Source: a virus (lineage: Duplodnaviria > Caudoviricetes). Taken from it: DNA of 63,965 bases. Where the stretch lies: IMG/VR virus record IMGVR_UViG_3300033145_000191, positions 1-63,965 of that record; one strand, written 5' to 3'. Below, piece by piece: positions 9,285-19,091 of this stretch. The position numbers and the translations under genes are program-made. The notes beneath the pieces are model-generated. The model made no database searches, was not told the origin of the DNA, and saw only the letters and a program-made list of their open reading frames with translations. Numbering within the stretch: the stretch's first letter is position 1; every line of letters starts with the position of its first letter.

Positions 9285-10109
9285 ATGATGAGACAAATTA
9301 AATTGTTTGGAAAGTTGTGGACGCCTTCATATGAAGATAATTCTAATGCCGATGATGACGGTGGCAACAAAAATGATGGTGGTGGTAAAAGTGACAAAAA
9401 TGGAACTGGTGAAATAACATTTACTTCAGAACAACAAGAACATATTAATAAATTGTTAGCGGCTGAAAAACGTGAAGGTCAAGAAAAACTCAAAATTAAG
9501 ATTTCTGAAATTGAAACACTAACAAAGAAAACAAATCTCACAGTTAAAGAACGAAAACAACTTGAGGAACGATTAAAATCAGTTAAGACTGAACTTATGA
9601 CAAAAGAGGAATTAGATGATCAAGCACGAACCAAGATGGTTACAGAACATCGAGAAGAAGTTGAAACACTTACAACTGATAGAGATAGCTGGCGAACGAG
9701 ATATTCCGAAGCAACTATTAGTCGTTCACTTACAGACGCCGCTGTAACTAATGATGCAATCTCGCCCGAGCAGATTGTATCTATTGTGCGTCAAAATACT
9801 CGACTTGTCGAGGTCATAGATAAAGATGGAAAAACTACTGACACTTACAAGCCAGTTGTATCCATCAAAGTAACAAAAGATGGCGAGGAGAAAACCCTCG
9901 AACTCTCTCCGACAGAAGCAGTAAAGCAGATGAAAGAGGATGAGAGATTTTATAATCTGTTTAAAGGTGACGGAACCGGCGGTGTGAATAAAAATAATCG
10001 TGGTGCCCCATCTAACACAGATATTAAAGAACTTGCAAAGAATCCTGAGGCATATCGAAAGGCCCGGAATGAAGGAAAAATTACAGGACTCGTAAAACCG
10101 ACACATTAA
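9285..10109 (+). CDS. Capsid scaffolding protein
   Basis: Directly upstream of capsid gene; acidic/Gly N-region, FTSEQQ, long coiled coil, LFK...GG near C-terminus. Confidence 0.78.
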   Translation: MMRQIKLFGKLWTPSYEDNSNADDDGGNKNDGGGKSDKNGTGEITFTSEQQEHINKLLAAEKREGQEKLKIKISEIETLTKKTNLTVKERKQLEERLKSVKTELMTKEELDDQARTKMVTEHREEVETLTTDRDSWRTRYSEATISRSLTDAAVTNDAISPEQIVSIVRQNTRLVEVIDKDGKTTDTYKPVVSIKVTKDGEEKTLELSPTEAVKQMKEDERFYNLFKGDGTGGVNKNNRGAPSNTDIKELAKNPEAYRKARNEGKITGLVKPTH

Positions 10110-10123
10110 TTTAGGAGAGCATA

Positions 10124-11500
10124 ATGAAGTATAAGGTCTACCCAAGACTCTGGACGCCTGCAGGTGCAAATGACCTCGATGCATTTATTCCTGAGGTTTG
10201 GGCACAGGAGTCACTGATGATGCTCGAAAACGAGCTAGTTGCGGCGAACTTGGTTCACCGTGATTTTGAGGATGAGATTGCTGCTTATGGTGATGTTGTT
10301 AATACGCGACAGCCTGCAGCATTTGAAGCAAAGCGTAAGACAAATGCAGACGACGTTACTGTGCAGGATGCTGATGCAACAAACGTTGCTGTGAAGCTTG
10401 ATCAGCATCTGCATACGTCCTTTGTAATCAAGGATGGTGAGGAATCAAAAGGCTTCCAGAGTCTTCGAGACTTTTATCTGGTGCCGGCATTGCATTCTAT
10501 CGCTCAAGCGATTGACGAAATCGTGCTTTGCCAGATGCACTCATTCTTTACTAATGCTGTTGGTAAGCTTGGAACCGACCCAACAGTCTCGACTATTACT
10601 GATCTTCGTGCGCTTATGACAACTAATAAGGTTCCGCAGCAAGGTCGTAATCTTATTATCACGCCGAATGTGGAAAGCAAATTGTCTCAGATTGCTGCAT
10701 TCCATGAAGCAGATAAGATTGGTGATGATGGTTCTGCAATGCGTGAAGGTTCGCTTGGAAGGAAGTTTGGCTTCCAAATCAATATGGATCAGAATTGTCC
10801 GACTGTCAGTTCCGGTAATTCGACGCATACTGCGGCTATTAACTTATCTGCTGGTTATGCGAAGGGTAGCACGGCAGTTGTCTTTGATGCGCCTACCGGG
10901 ACGCCTGTTGTTGGTGAATTCTGCACAATTGCAGGCGACATGACACCGCAGCTTGTTACAGCAACTAATGGTTCGTCAACTATGACAGTCACACCAGGGC
11001 TTAAGTCTGCTGTTTTAAATAATGCTGTAATTACCTTCTACACGAAGGGCGCAATTAACTATTCGCCGGGACCATATGCGGCGGGTTACGCCAAGGAACT
11101 TGTCCTTGATGGCTTCTCGGTTGCTCCGCAGGTTGGACAGCCGATTGCTATAGCAGCTGCTACAGGCATCTATGGTGCATTATCAACTCCGACTACAACC
11201 AGCATATTGCTTAATCGTGCATTGGATGTAGAGGAAGCAAATAATGATGTTGTAGGAATTGGGCCTGTTGGTGAGTATTGCTTTGGGTTCCATAGAAATG
11301 CAATTTCACTTGTGAGTCGCCCGTTGGCAACTCCAGCTGCGGGAACAGGTGCATTGTCTTACGTGGCCAGCTATGAAGGTCTTGGTATTCGTGTGACAAT
11401 CACTTATGAAGGTCGCGGTCAGGGTCACCTTGTGACTGTTGACTTGCTACTTGGAACCAAGGTGCTTAATACTGATCTTGGCGCCTTGATGTATGGCTAA
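10124..11500 (+). CDS. Major capsid protein (P22 coat-like, HK97 fold)
   Basis: FIPEVWA, LVHRDFEDEI, GDVVN, GSLGRKFGF...DQN, FHRNAI.LVSRPL, DLLLG motifs. Confidence 0.9.
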   Translation: MKYKVYPRLWTPAGANDLDAFIPEVWAQESLMMLENELVAANLVHRDFEDEIAAYGDVVNTRQPAAFEAKRKTNADDVTVQDADATNVAVKLDQHLHTSFVIKDGEESKGFQSLRDFYLVPALHSIAQAIDEIVLCQMHSFFTNAVGKLGTDPTVSTITDLRALMTTNKVPQQGRNLIITPNVESKLSQIAAFHEADKIGDDGSAMREGSLGRKFGFQINMDQNCPTVSSGNSTHTAAINLSAGYAKGSTAVVFDAPTGTPVVGEFCTIAGDMTPQLVTATNGSSTMTVTPGLKSAVLNNAVITFYTKGAINYSPGPYAAGYAKELVLDGFSVAPQVGQPIAIAAATGIYGALSTPTTTSILLNRALDVEEANNDVVGIGPVGEYCFGFHRNAISLVSRPLATPAAGTGALSYVASYEGLGIRVTITYEGRGQGHLVTVDLLLGTKVLNTDLGALMYG

Positions 11501-11508
11501 CCGACATG

Positions 11509-11537
11509 TGTGGGGTGGATTTTGTAATCCACCCCAT
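11509..11537 (+). terminator. Stem-loop after capsid gene
   Basis: TGGGGTGGATT-TTGT-AATCCACCCCA. Confidence 0.65.
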
Positions 11538-11563
11538 ACGGTCTTAACTTGTCGGGGATTATT

Positions 11564-11920
11564 ATGACATGGAATGGGACAGCGACCAAATGGTTTCAGT
11601 TTGGTGTTCAATTATTAGTAATTGCTGTTGCTGCTGTTATGGCCTTTGGTAGTCTTACTGGTGAAGTAAAGAGACTTGACGTTTGTGTAAAAAATATTGA
11701 AAAAGTAAACTTACGTCAATACAGTGAGATTAGATCTGAATTAATTCTATTGCGCAGTAAAGTTGATAAGACGCATGATGAAGTAATTAAGCTTAAAACG
11801 ATTATTGAATTCCAAAATAAAGGGCGAGTAAATGTCGAACGTGTTGCGGCAATTAAAGCAAATTCTCTACCGACTGAAAAGACAGTTTGGACAGACGATA
11901 GTTTATACGCGCAACACTAA
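11564..11920 (+). CDS. Membrane-anchored coiled-coil hypothetical protein
   Basis: One hydrophobic segment (VQLLVIAVAAVMAF) followed by heptad pattern. Confidence 0.5.
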   Translation: MTWNGTATKWFQFGVQLLVIAVAAVMAFGSLTGEVKRLDVCVKNIEKVNLRQYSEIRSELILLRSKVDKTHDEVIKLKTIIEFQNKGRVNVERVAAIKANSLPTEKTVWTDDSLYAQH

Positions 11921-12266
11921 GAATATTACCAATTATAAAACTGGAATAATTACAAGAGCCGGAACTAATGTAACAGTTAAACGGGCAATAGTGCTACCAG
12001 CAAGAATGATTCGAAGTTTTGAATATGATTTAACATACATTGCTGCTAATAAAAATTTTACATATGGGGGATTTTATGACGATTCGAGTAGATTAATTAT
12101 TCTTGATTATAAAGATCTTAAAAATAGTAAACTTACTCCACGCATAAATGATATTATTGTTTATAATAGTCGTGAGTGGCTTGTTAAACAGATAGTATCT
12201 CTCGATATTAATTATGGGTATGCACTTACTGTAACAGATAATTCACGCTTACCAGGTGCTTCTTAG
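11832..12266 (+). CDS. Putative head-closure protein
   Basis: Position; LKRQFG start and beta-rich INDIIVYNSREW C-terminus. Confidence 0.6.
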   Translation: MSNVLRQLKQILYRLKRQFGQTIVYTRNTKNITNYKTGIITRAGTNVTVKRAIVLPARMIRSFEYDLTYIAANKNFTYGGFYDDSSRLIILDYKDLKNSKLTPRINDIIVYNSREWLVKQIVSLDINYGYALTVTDNSRLPGAS

Positions 12267-12276
12267 GAGTTTGGAT

Positions 12277-12753
12277 ATGGCGAATGACATGCAACACTGG
12301 CCAAGATGGGTTAGGGCCTCCTTGTCAGAGCACTTCAATAATGTAACTGGTAGCTTTGTTTTATTTGTTGAAGGAATGTATCGAGAAGAACAAACTGAGT
12401 CAGATGTTGTAGAAGTTCGAATCGATGGTCCTTATCTTACAGAAGTAAGTAAGGGTTACTGGAAAATTTTTTGTGAAGTTAGCTTATTACTACAAACTGC
12501 TATGTCTACTGACCTTTATCGTGAAGATCGTCTAGTTGGGATAATCACAAAGGCATGTAGTGCTGGTATTCAGGTATTTCGCTACGGGACTGGTATTGAC
12601 GATGATAATTCTTTCTTTGGATGTTTTCATGTTGTTGCTGATGCTCGGGGCAAAGAACGCATTCAAGTAAATAGATTTGGTCAAATCAAACCCAATGTGA
12701 GATTATTACAATCAACAGTCGAAGTGCATTTAGTAATGGAAATTACCGTTTAG
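12277..12753 (+). CDS. Putative tail terminator/completion protein
   Basis: Immediately before tail tube; EVRIDGP motif. Confidence 0.6.
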   Translation: MANDMQHWPRWVRASLSEHFNNVTGSFVLFVEGMYREEQTESDVVEVRIDGPYLTEVSKGYWKIFCEVSLLLQTAMSTDLYREDRLVGIITKACSAGIQVFRYGTGIDDDNSFFGCFHVVADARGKERIQVNRFGQIKPNVRLLQSTVEVHLVMEITV

Positions 12754-12762
12754 GAGATAAAC

Positions 12763-13290
12763 ATGCATAGAAAAGCCTACGGTAATATCTGGATGCCGGC
12801 CGGTCGAAAGATCGACCTTAAAGATGTTACCTTCAAGATTAAGGATGGTGCAGCCAATGAGCTTACGGTAAAGATAGGTGAAGGAAACTTTACTTATACC
12901 CAAGCTCGTGCTCGTGAATATATTCTTGATAGAGGAACACTTGACGATGTTCGCGATGGTGATGAAACTCCTGTTGATGTCAGGTTTGACTTTGTTTGGG
13001 AGTATATTATTGCAGAAAGTTCTGGTGCAACACCATCTGTCGAGGAAGCCCTCGAAAACACAGGTGCAGCGGCTGATTGGACGTCTACGGATGCAGATAC
13101 ATGTCGGCCATATGCGGTCGATTTAGAAATTCTTAATGCACCGGGACCAAGTGGCTGTGGTGATAAAGAGACGTTGACATTTAGCGACTTCCGACATGAG
13201 AGTCTGGATCATGATCTTAGAGCCGGCACAGTAGCTTGTTCAGGCAAGTGTAATATTGTTAAGCCTACAACTGTAAGGGAGATACAGTAA
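12763..13290 (+). CDS. Major tail (tube) protein
   Basis: Position before chaperones and tape measure; followed by terminator; KIGEGNFTYT, RGTLD. Confidence 0.75.
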   Translation: MHRKAYGNIWMPAGRKIDLKDVTFKIKDGAANELTVKIGEGNFTYTQARAREYILDRGTLDDVRDGDETPVDVRFDFVWEYIIAESSGATPSVEEALENTGAAADWTSTDADTCRPYAVDLEILNAPGPSGCGDKETLTFSDFRHESLDHDLRAGTVACSGKCNIVKPTTVREIQ

Positions 13291-13297
13291 ATTTACC

Positions 13298-13330
13298 TGT
13301 AGTGGGGTCACATTGTGTGGCCCCACTACA
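13298..13330 (+). terminator. Stem-loop after tail tube gene
   Basis: TGTAGTGGGGTCAC...GTGGCCCCACTACA. Confidence 0.65.
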
Positions 13331-13355
13331 CATTTATTAAATGGAGGTAGTAATT

Positions 13356-13853
13356 ATGAAATTGAACGGAAAAACATTAGATGCTCCAAATGATGTTATA
13401 ATCCCTATTCCAAGGGACTCCGGAGATATCATTTTGAAGGCTTCACCAGTTCTTAATGACGATGAGTTTTTGAAAATGTGTCCTGAACCGTTACCTATGG
13501 AAAAACTCCTTAAAGGTGGTATGCGAGAACTCATGACTGACGACCCTGAGTATCTTAAAAAGCGCGTTGAGTGGGCTGAACTTCGGACAGCTTGGATTTC
13601 TATTCAGTCACTTATGGCTACAGATGGTCTTGAATGGGAAGTTGTTAAGTTGGGTGATCCTACCACTTGGAGTAGTTGGAGAGATGAGCTTAAGTCTGGT
13701 GGCATAACAGACTTTGAAATGGGTCGAATTGTTAATGGTATTTTTACTGCTAATGGTTTTAATCAGGAAAAGATTGATGAGGCAATGGCCAATTTTTTAG
13801 CTGGTCGGGACAAGGAGCCCGAAAGCGAATCCTCCCTGAATACCGAACCATAA
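13356..13853 (+). CDS. Tail assembly chaperone (gpG-like)
   Basis: GGAGG RBS; slippery T TTT TTA at 13793-13799. Confidence 0.78.
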   Translation: MKLNGKTLDAPNDVIIPIPRDSGDIILKASPVLNDDEFLKMCPEPLPMEKLLKGGMRELMTDDPEYLKKRVEWAELRTAWISIQSLMATDGLEWEVVKLGDPTTWSSWRDELKSGGITDFEMGRIVNGIFTANGFNQEKIDEAMANFLAGRDKEPESESSLNTEP

Positions 13854-14038
13854 ATTATGCCATCTGGGAGTCTTGTGAAAGATTCGGAATCCTTCCACCT
13901 GGAGTAAATGTTCGAGAATGGGATAATTTAGATGTTTGGTCACAGTCAAAACTTATAGCTTATATGCAAATAAAAAGTTATGAGGCACAAGATCGAGATA
14001 ATCAGTTAGCGCAATTGTCGGCGGGGGCGGGCATATAG
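13793..14038 (+). CDS. -1 frameshift extension of tail chaperone (gpGT-like)
   Basis: Open -1 frame SWSGQGARKRILPEYRTINYAIWESCERFGILPPG...AGAGI* with no start codon near its 5' end. Confidence 0.78.
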   Translation, partial: FFSWSGQGARKRILPEYRTINYAIWESCERFGILPPGVNVREWDNLDVWSQSKLIAYMQIKSYEAQDRDNQLAQLSAGAGI

Positions 14039-14060
14039 CTCGCCCCCACAGGAGGAAATA

Positions 14061-14609
14061 ATGGCAGGTGGTTTAGTAATGCGGTTGCCAGTTGTAAATC
14101 CGAATGCATATAAACACATTGCTCGTAAAGCTAATTTACTTTGGGCGGATGCTATCGGTGCTTTTGTCGAAAGTCTTGCTAATGATAATAGAGTTCAAGT
14201 TGATACAGGAATGTCAAAAGCACAAATATTACCATTAGCTCGTGCTGTAAGGATGGTAGGAGCTGTAAGAGCAACAATTCATCCGAGAAGGGCTAGTCGT
14301 AAAGGTTATTCTGAATTAGGTGGCGGATGGGATGCTTCATCTGAAAGAAGCATGGAGCATGGAGAAGAACTCGGTCAAGATGCTTTTGTAATAACTTATG
14401 GGACTCCTGAAAATCCTATAATGTCATTTCAATTTCGCTTAACAGTATTTCAGTATTGGTTGCATGATAATGGATTAGGAAATCAAGCTGCTTGGGGTAG
14501 TGTTGAACGCGCTATAGCAGCGATGGAATCTTTCTTTGAGAGTCATAAAAAGGGTGCTAAATACCAATTAGCATCTACTGAACTTTTTTCTGTCTTTAAG
14601 ATAGGATAA
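14061..14609 (+). CDS. Putative neck/tail-completion protein (HK97 gp10-like)
   Basis: VDTGMSKA resembles the family PVDTG motif; AGGAGG RBS. Confidence 0.5.
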   Translation: MAGGLVMRLPVVNPNAYKHIARKANLLWADAIGAFVESLANDNRVQVDTGMSKAQILPLARAVRMVGAVRATIHPRRASRKGYSELGGGWDASSERSMEHGEELGQDAFVITYGTPENPIMSFQFRLTVFQYWLHDNGLGNQAAWGSVERAIAAMESFFESHKKGAKYQLASTELFSVFKIG

Positions 14610-14613
14610 ATTA

Positions 14614-17600
14614 ATGTCCCCACCTTTCATGGACTTTGATAAAGCGTCCGAGGCTAGTTTTTCTTCTGCAATTATGCAAACGCGGTCACTTGCAGATGCT
14701 CTTAAGCTCGTAAAACTAGCTGGAATGACTGTTGATAAAGCCGTAAGTCAAATGGTTAATGGTATAGAGAGGTATACTGTTAATGTAAAGGCTTCGACAG
14801 CGGCAGGCAAAGAGGCCACTATTGTTATCAGAGGTTCTGCTGATGCCGCTGGACAATATCAGCGGGCTATTGATGAAGTTAATAGTTCTCTTGAAGCCCA
14901 AGCGGCATTAGAAGCTAAGAATGCTGCTGACTTACGACGAAAGATTCAACTTACTGCCCAGTATAGTGATGCCATGCGTAGGGCGGCTGTGTCTGCACTT
15001 CGACAATCACGCGAAGGTGGTTTTCGTGGTGTTTCGCATACTAAGACAACTGATGCTGAAACAGGGCAGCAAACGCGCATTATTAATCTTGAGCGGCCAT
15101 TAGCAGATGGCCGTAAAATGATTCGCACAATCCAAACATTAAATGGCGAATTGATTAGCACTAGAGATCGTGTTACAGCTATTAGTAGAGCAACGGCTAG
15201 AGTGCCAAAGCACATGCATGATATTGGTGATAAGACAGAGGAAGCTAATAAAAAAGTCCAAGAAATGAATATATCTTGGAAAAGTATGATTCGTCTTGTT
15301 GCTGTTCAGCTTGCTCACCGTGCTATTTCTGCAATGACACGTGGTTTTGCAGATGGCGTGCGTCAAATTATTGAACTTGAAAAACGAATTGCTGAAATCC
15401 AAACAATTTCACAAGATAAGCAACTTGCTTTTAGTGGGTGGCTTGAAGGTCTACGAGAAGTTTCAGATTTATGGGGTATTGGAATAGCAGACCAAGCCGA
15501 AGCTACTTATCAAGCTATCTCTAATCAGATAGCAAAAGGTAGTGAAGCTCTTGAATTTCTTGCTCAGGCTAATCAATTTGCAGTTACAGCTGTTACAAAA
15601 GCTACAAGTGCTGTGCAACTTGGAACAGCTGCTTTGAATGCTTATCATATGGAAGCTAGTCAAGCAGATCAAGTGTTTGCTCAATTTTTCAAGACTATTG
15701 AACTTGGTCGTGTTCGTGCATCAGAAATGGCAAACTCTTTTGGTGATGTTGCAGTTTTAGCTAGTCAAGCTGGTGTTCGACTATCTGAACTACAGGCCAT
15801 TACTGCTACATTGACAATTCAAGGTATTGCATGGAGTAAGGCTAATACACAAGTTCGTGGTATTCTTATCAAATTGTTGAAACCAACTAGTCAAATGAAA
15901 AAGTTACTAGCTTCTATAGGTGCTGAAAGTGGTGAAGCTGCTGTTAAAATGTATGGCTTTGGTGGTCTACTTAATATTTTGCAGGAGCGAACTAAAGGTA
16001 GTTCAACTGAACTTGCAAAGTTTATTAATAGGATTCGTGGAATCAGTGGTGCTCTTGCATTGACAGGATTAGGTTTTATAAAATATCAAGAAAATCTTGT
16101 CAAGATTGAAGATGCAAGTGCCTCTTATGAAGCCGCTACAGAACTTGTTATAAAAACTACTGGTAAGCGTCTTGAGATTGAATTTAATAAAATTAAAAAC
16201 TATTTTATTAAGGATGTAGGTAAAGAGTTACTTGAATGGGTTGATTTGCTTACATTTGGTTTTACGGCGATATCAGGTGCTGTTAAATATTTTGCTCAAG
16301 TTTTAACAAATGTGCTTGTCGGTTCTCTTGTGCTAGTAATGGCTAAATTTAAAATTCTTTGGGCGACGGCTACCAAGTTTATTGTAGCTAATCCATATCT
16401 TACTGGCCTTTTAGCTATTGCGGCCGCCGCAGCTGTTATTCAACGATTAATAAATGCTTATACAGAAGCAGAAATAGAACGAATTGATAAGCGGGAAGAG
16501 GCTCACAAAAATCACTATAAACAATTAATCAAAGAAGCTGAAAGACACTATGAAATTACTATCAATCTACTTAAAAGATATGAGCAAGTTCATTTAACAA
16601 CATTAGCTACAGTTCAAGGACATTATTCTCAATTGCAAGAAGTGGTCGCAGGAGTATATGAGACACAGCAAAAAGCTGTTAAGAAATATGCTTCTGTAAC
16701 TTCGTCAGCACTTAGTAAGATGATTACTAAGGCAACGAATAATATTAATAGACTTCAATCAAGTATCAATAAACAAACTGCTACTATCAAAGGACTTCAA
16801 GTAAGCCTTGGTGGTAAACTCTTTGATATAGATCTTGATACAACTAATCCTGAGAAAAAGATGTTGATGCTTAAAAATCGGATTGATTCGCTAATCAAGA
16901 AAGGTAGTGAAGCAGCAGTTGCGGGTGATGCTTCAGTAGTCACACAAATATGGACAGAAATTACTAATCGACAAACTGATCTTTATAATATATCATTAGC
17001 ACAGGGTAAGAAAACAGAAAAACAGACTAAAATGATTGCTAAACTTCAACGTCAGCAATTAGATGTCGAAATGAAATATAATATTGAGAGGGCAGCTGCA
17101 GAACGTCAATTAGCGCGATTTGCTAAAGATAGAAATTCTACTGAAGCCGAAATTCAAAATGCAAAGGATGCCATTAAGCGAATTGATAATGCTCGTTTTA
17201 AACAGATTCGTGAAATCTCTTTTAAATTAGAAGGAATTAAACTTCATCACCATGATATAGCAGCATCTAAAGCAAGATTCATTGAATTAAATAACAAACA
17301 GATTGAGCAACTCAAGAAGGTGCAAGCTGCTGAGGTGGACCGCCTTAAGAAAATGACTGCACAAAAAATACTTTCTGAAAAGCAGGTATTAGACTTTAAA
17401 AAGTATTATGAAGCCTATATTAAATTTGATTTAGGTAAAACACTTGCAGGCGGAGATTATGCTAAGGCACAAAAAGCAATTGAAGCACGACTTGTTAACT
17501 CACAAGCTATGCAAAAATTAATAAAAGATACTGGTGTTGGTGGTATTACTGATGTGCAGTTTGATAAAGATCGTGAGATACTAGTTAAGGCTTTGGATAA

Positions 17601-18615
17601 TCTTGCAAAGATAACTGAGGCTGCTGCTAAACATAAAGAAGCTGCTGATAAACGTGAAGAAATTGCAGGTGGTGTAAAGTATTATGCTGGCGAGATTAAA
17701 AAGACTGAAAAGCAAATGGCTAAAGCAGACCAACTACTTGGTGTGTTTCGGTCTACCGTTAAATTAGCGGCAGCTGAAGGTGATTGGTTATATCAATATA
17801 AAGCAGCGATTGCCCATAAACAATTTCATACGCCAGATGCTATTTCAGGTGAAGAACGAAATACTATTATTAAAGAAGCTGCTGCTGCAATGAAAGCATA
17901 TGATGAAGTAAAAACATATGAAACAGGAAAAGTTTTAGCAGAAAAAATTGATGTATTATTCAAGAACATATCCAAATTTTATCTTGGACAAGAAAAACCT
18001 GGTCATAGTAGAATTGAACAGGGTAGAGAATTTACTATGGGTATTCAGGCTGGTAAATTTGCTATGGATCAACTTTTACCTTTGGCGTCACAACTTGATA
18101 CAGAAAAAGCCGCAAAAAGAAAACTTATAATTACTATTCAAGAAATGGATGCAGTTGTTGAGAAAATTATTAAGAAAAAGACTGAAATTGAAGATGAATT
18201 TAATAAAGAAATCGCAAAAAAGACTCTTGCAAATTCAGACAAGATTAGGGATACATTTATTGCACTACATAAAGAGTTTGCTAAGTTTTCAGCAAAGATT
18301 AAGGCAATCGAAATTAAACCTACGAAAAAAGATGCACTTGGTGGTATGATATATCCTTATGGGTCTGATAGAGTCCCTGCGATGTTGACCCCAGGTGAAT
18401 TTGTTATTAATCCTGCACAAAGTAGACAATTTTATAGTCAATTAGTTGCAATGAATGGTGGTATGAGTCGTTTTGCTGGTGGCGGAGAAGTTACAAATAT
18501 TAATGGTGCTATGAACATCAGCGTCAATAGTAACGGGAATGCTAATACCGATGCAGTTGCTATCGGAAAAGCATTAAGGCGTGAAATCCGTAGAGGTCGA
18601 GTGAGGTTAAACTAA
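14614..18615 (+). CDS. Tail tape measure protein
   Basis: 1333 aa Ala/Lys-rich helical protein; TP901-like core; central hydrophobic stretch; DRVPAMLTPGEFVIN C-terminal motif. Confidence 0.93.
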   Translation: MSPPFMDFDKASEASFSSAIMQTRSLADALKLVKLAGMTVDKAVSQMVNGIERYTVNVKASTAAGKEATIVIRGSADAAGQYQRAIDEVNSSLEAQAALEAKNAADLRRKIQLTAQYSDAMRRAAVSALRQSREGGFRGVSHTKTTDAETGQQTRIINLERPLADGRKMIRTIQTLNGELISTRDRVTAISRATARVPKHMHDIGDKTEEANKKVQEMNISWKSMIRLVAVQLAHRAISAMTRGFADGVRQIIELEKRIAEIQTISQDKQLAFSGWLEGLREVSDLWGIGIADQAEATYQAISNQIAKGSEALEFLAQANQFAVTAVTKATSAVQLGTAALNAYHMEASQADQVFAQFFKTIELGRVRASEMANSFGDVAVLASQAGVRLSELQAITATLTIQGIAWSKANTQVRGILIKLLKPTSQMKKLLASIGAESGEAAVKMYGFGGLLNILQERTKGSSTELAKFINRIRGISGALALTGLGFIKYQENLVKIEDASASYEAATELVIKTTGKRLEIEFNKIKNYFIKDVGKELLEWVDLLTFGFTAISGAVKYFAQVLTNVLVGSLVLVMAKFKILWATATKFIVANPYLTGLLAIAAAAAVIQRLINAYTEAEIERIDKREEAHKNHYKQLIKEAERHYEITINLLKRYEQVHLTTLATVQGHYSQLQEVVAGVYETQQKAVKKYASVTSSALSKMITKATNNINRLQSSINKQTATIKGLQVSLGGKLFDIDLDTTNPEKKMLMLKNRIDSLIKKGSEAAVAGDASVVTQIWTEITNRQTDLYNISLAQGKKTEKQTKMIAKLQRQQLDVEMKYNIERAAAERQLARFAKDRNSTEAEIQNAKDAIKRIDNARFKQIREISFKLEGIKLHHHDIAASKARFIELNNKQIEQLKKVQAAEVDRLKKMTAQKILSEKQVLDFKKYYEAYIKFDLGKTLAGGDYAKAQKAIEARLVNSQAMQKLIKDTGVGGITDVQFDKDREILVKALDNLAKITEAAAKHKEAADKREEIAGGVKYYAGEIKKTEKQMAKADQLLGVFRSTVKLAAAEGDWLYQYKAAIAHKQFHTPDAISGEERNTIIKEAAAAMKAYDEVKTYETGKVLAEKIDVLFKNISKFYLGQEKPGHSRIEQGREFTMGIQAGKFAMDQLLPLASQLDTEKAAKRKLIITIQEMDAVVEKIIKKKTEIEDEFNKEIAKKTLANSDKIRDTFIALHKEFAKFSAKIKAIEIKPTKKDALGGMIYPYGSDRVPAMLTPGEFVINPAQSRQFYSQLVAMNGGMSRFAGGGEVTNINGAMNISVNSNGNANTDAVAIGKALRREIRRGRVRLN

Positions 18616-19091
18616 TGAGTCTTATCCTTGCATATCCACCAGTTGCAAAAACGGATACGGTAACTTTACCGAATCCAGAGTATGGGGATACTCATCGTGT
18701 GGATACAAACGCTATCGTCCGCTCTACCCGTGGGGGTGAGACGGTAGCGTTCAAGGATGGAGATTGGCCAGACTTTGAGACATTTGTCTACCAATTCAAA
18801 CGTGTTCATTTAACAGTTATCAATGAATTAAAAACATTTCTTGAGGGTAATGCGGCATTAGAAATTAATATTGTCGATCATCTTGAGAACTCAAGAAATG
18901 GTTATATTTTAACACCAACCACAGAGATTATTACACTTCGTGATACTTGTTGGTATGATTTATCATTTGAATTTTTAATGACATTTGATAATGAAGATTT
19001 TTTTAAGGTAGCAACGGAAGGAACTTTAGGAGCTTCTGAGGCTATTGCAACTGAAACGCCTGAGGAATTAACACTGGAGAGTGCGCCATGA
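18615..19091 (+). CDS. Distal tail-like protein A
   Basis: Follows tape measure; TLPNPEYGD...IVDH. Confidence 0.6.
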   Translation: MSLILAYPPVAKTDTVTLPNPEYGDTHRVDTNAIVRSTRGGETVAFKDGDWPDFETFVYQFKRVHLTVINELKTFLEGNAALEINIVDHLENSRNGYILTPTTEIITLRDTCWYDLSFEFLMTFDNEDFFKVATEGTLGASEAIATETPEELTLESAP

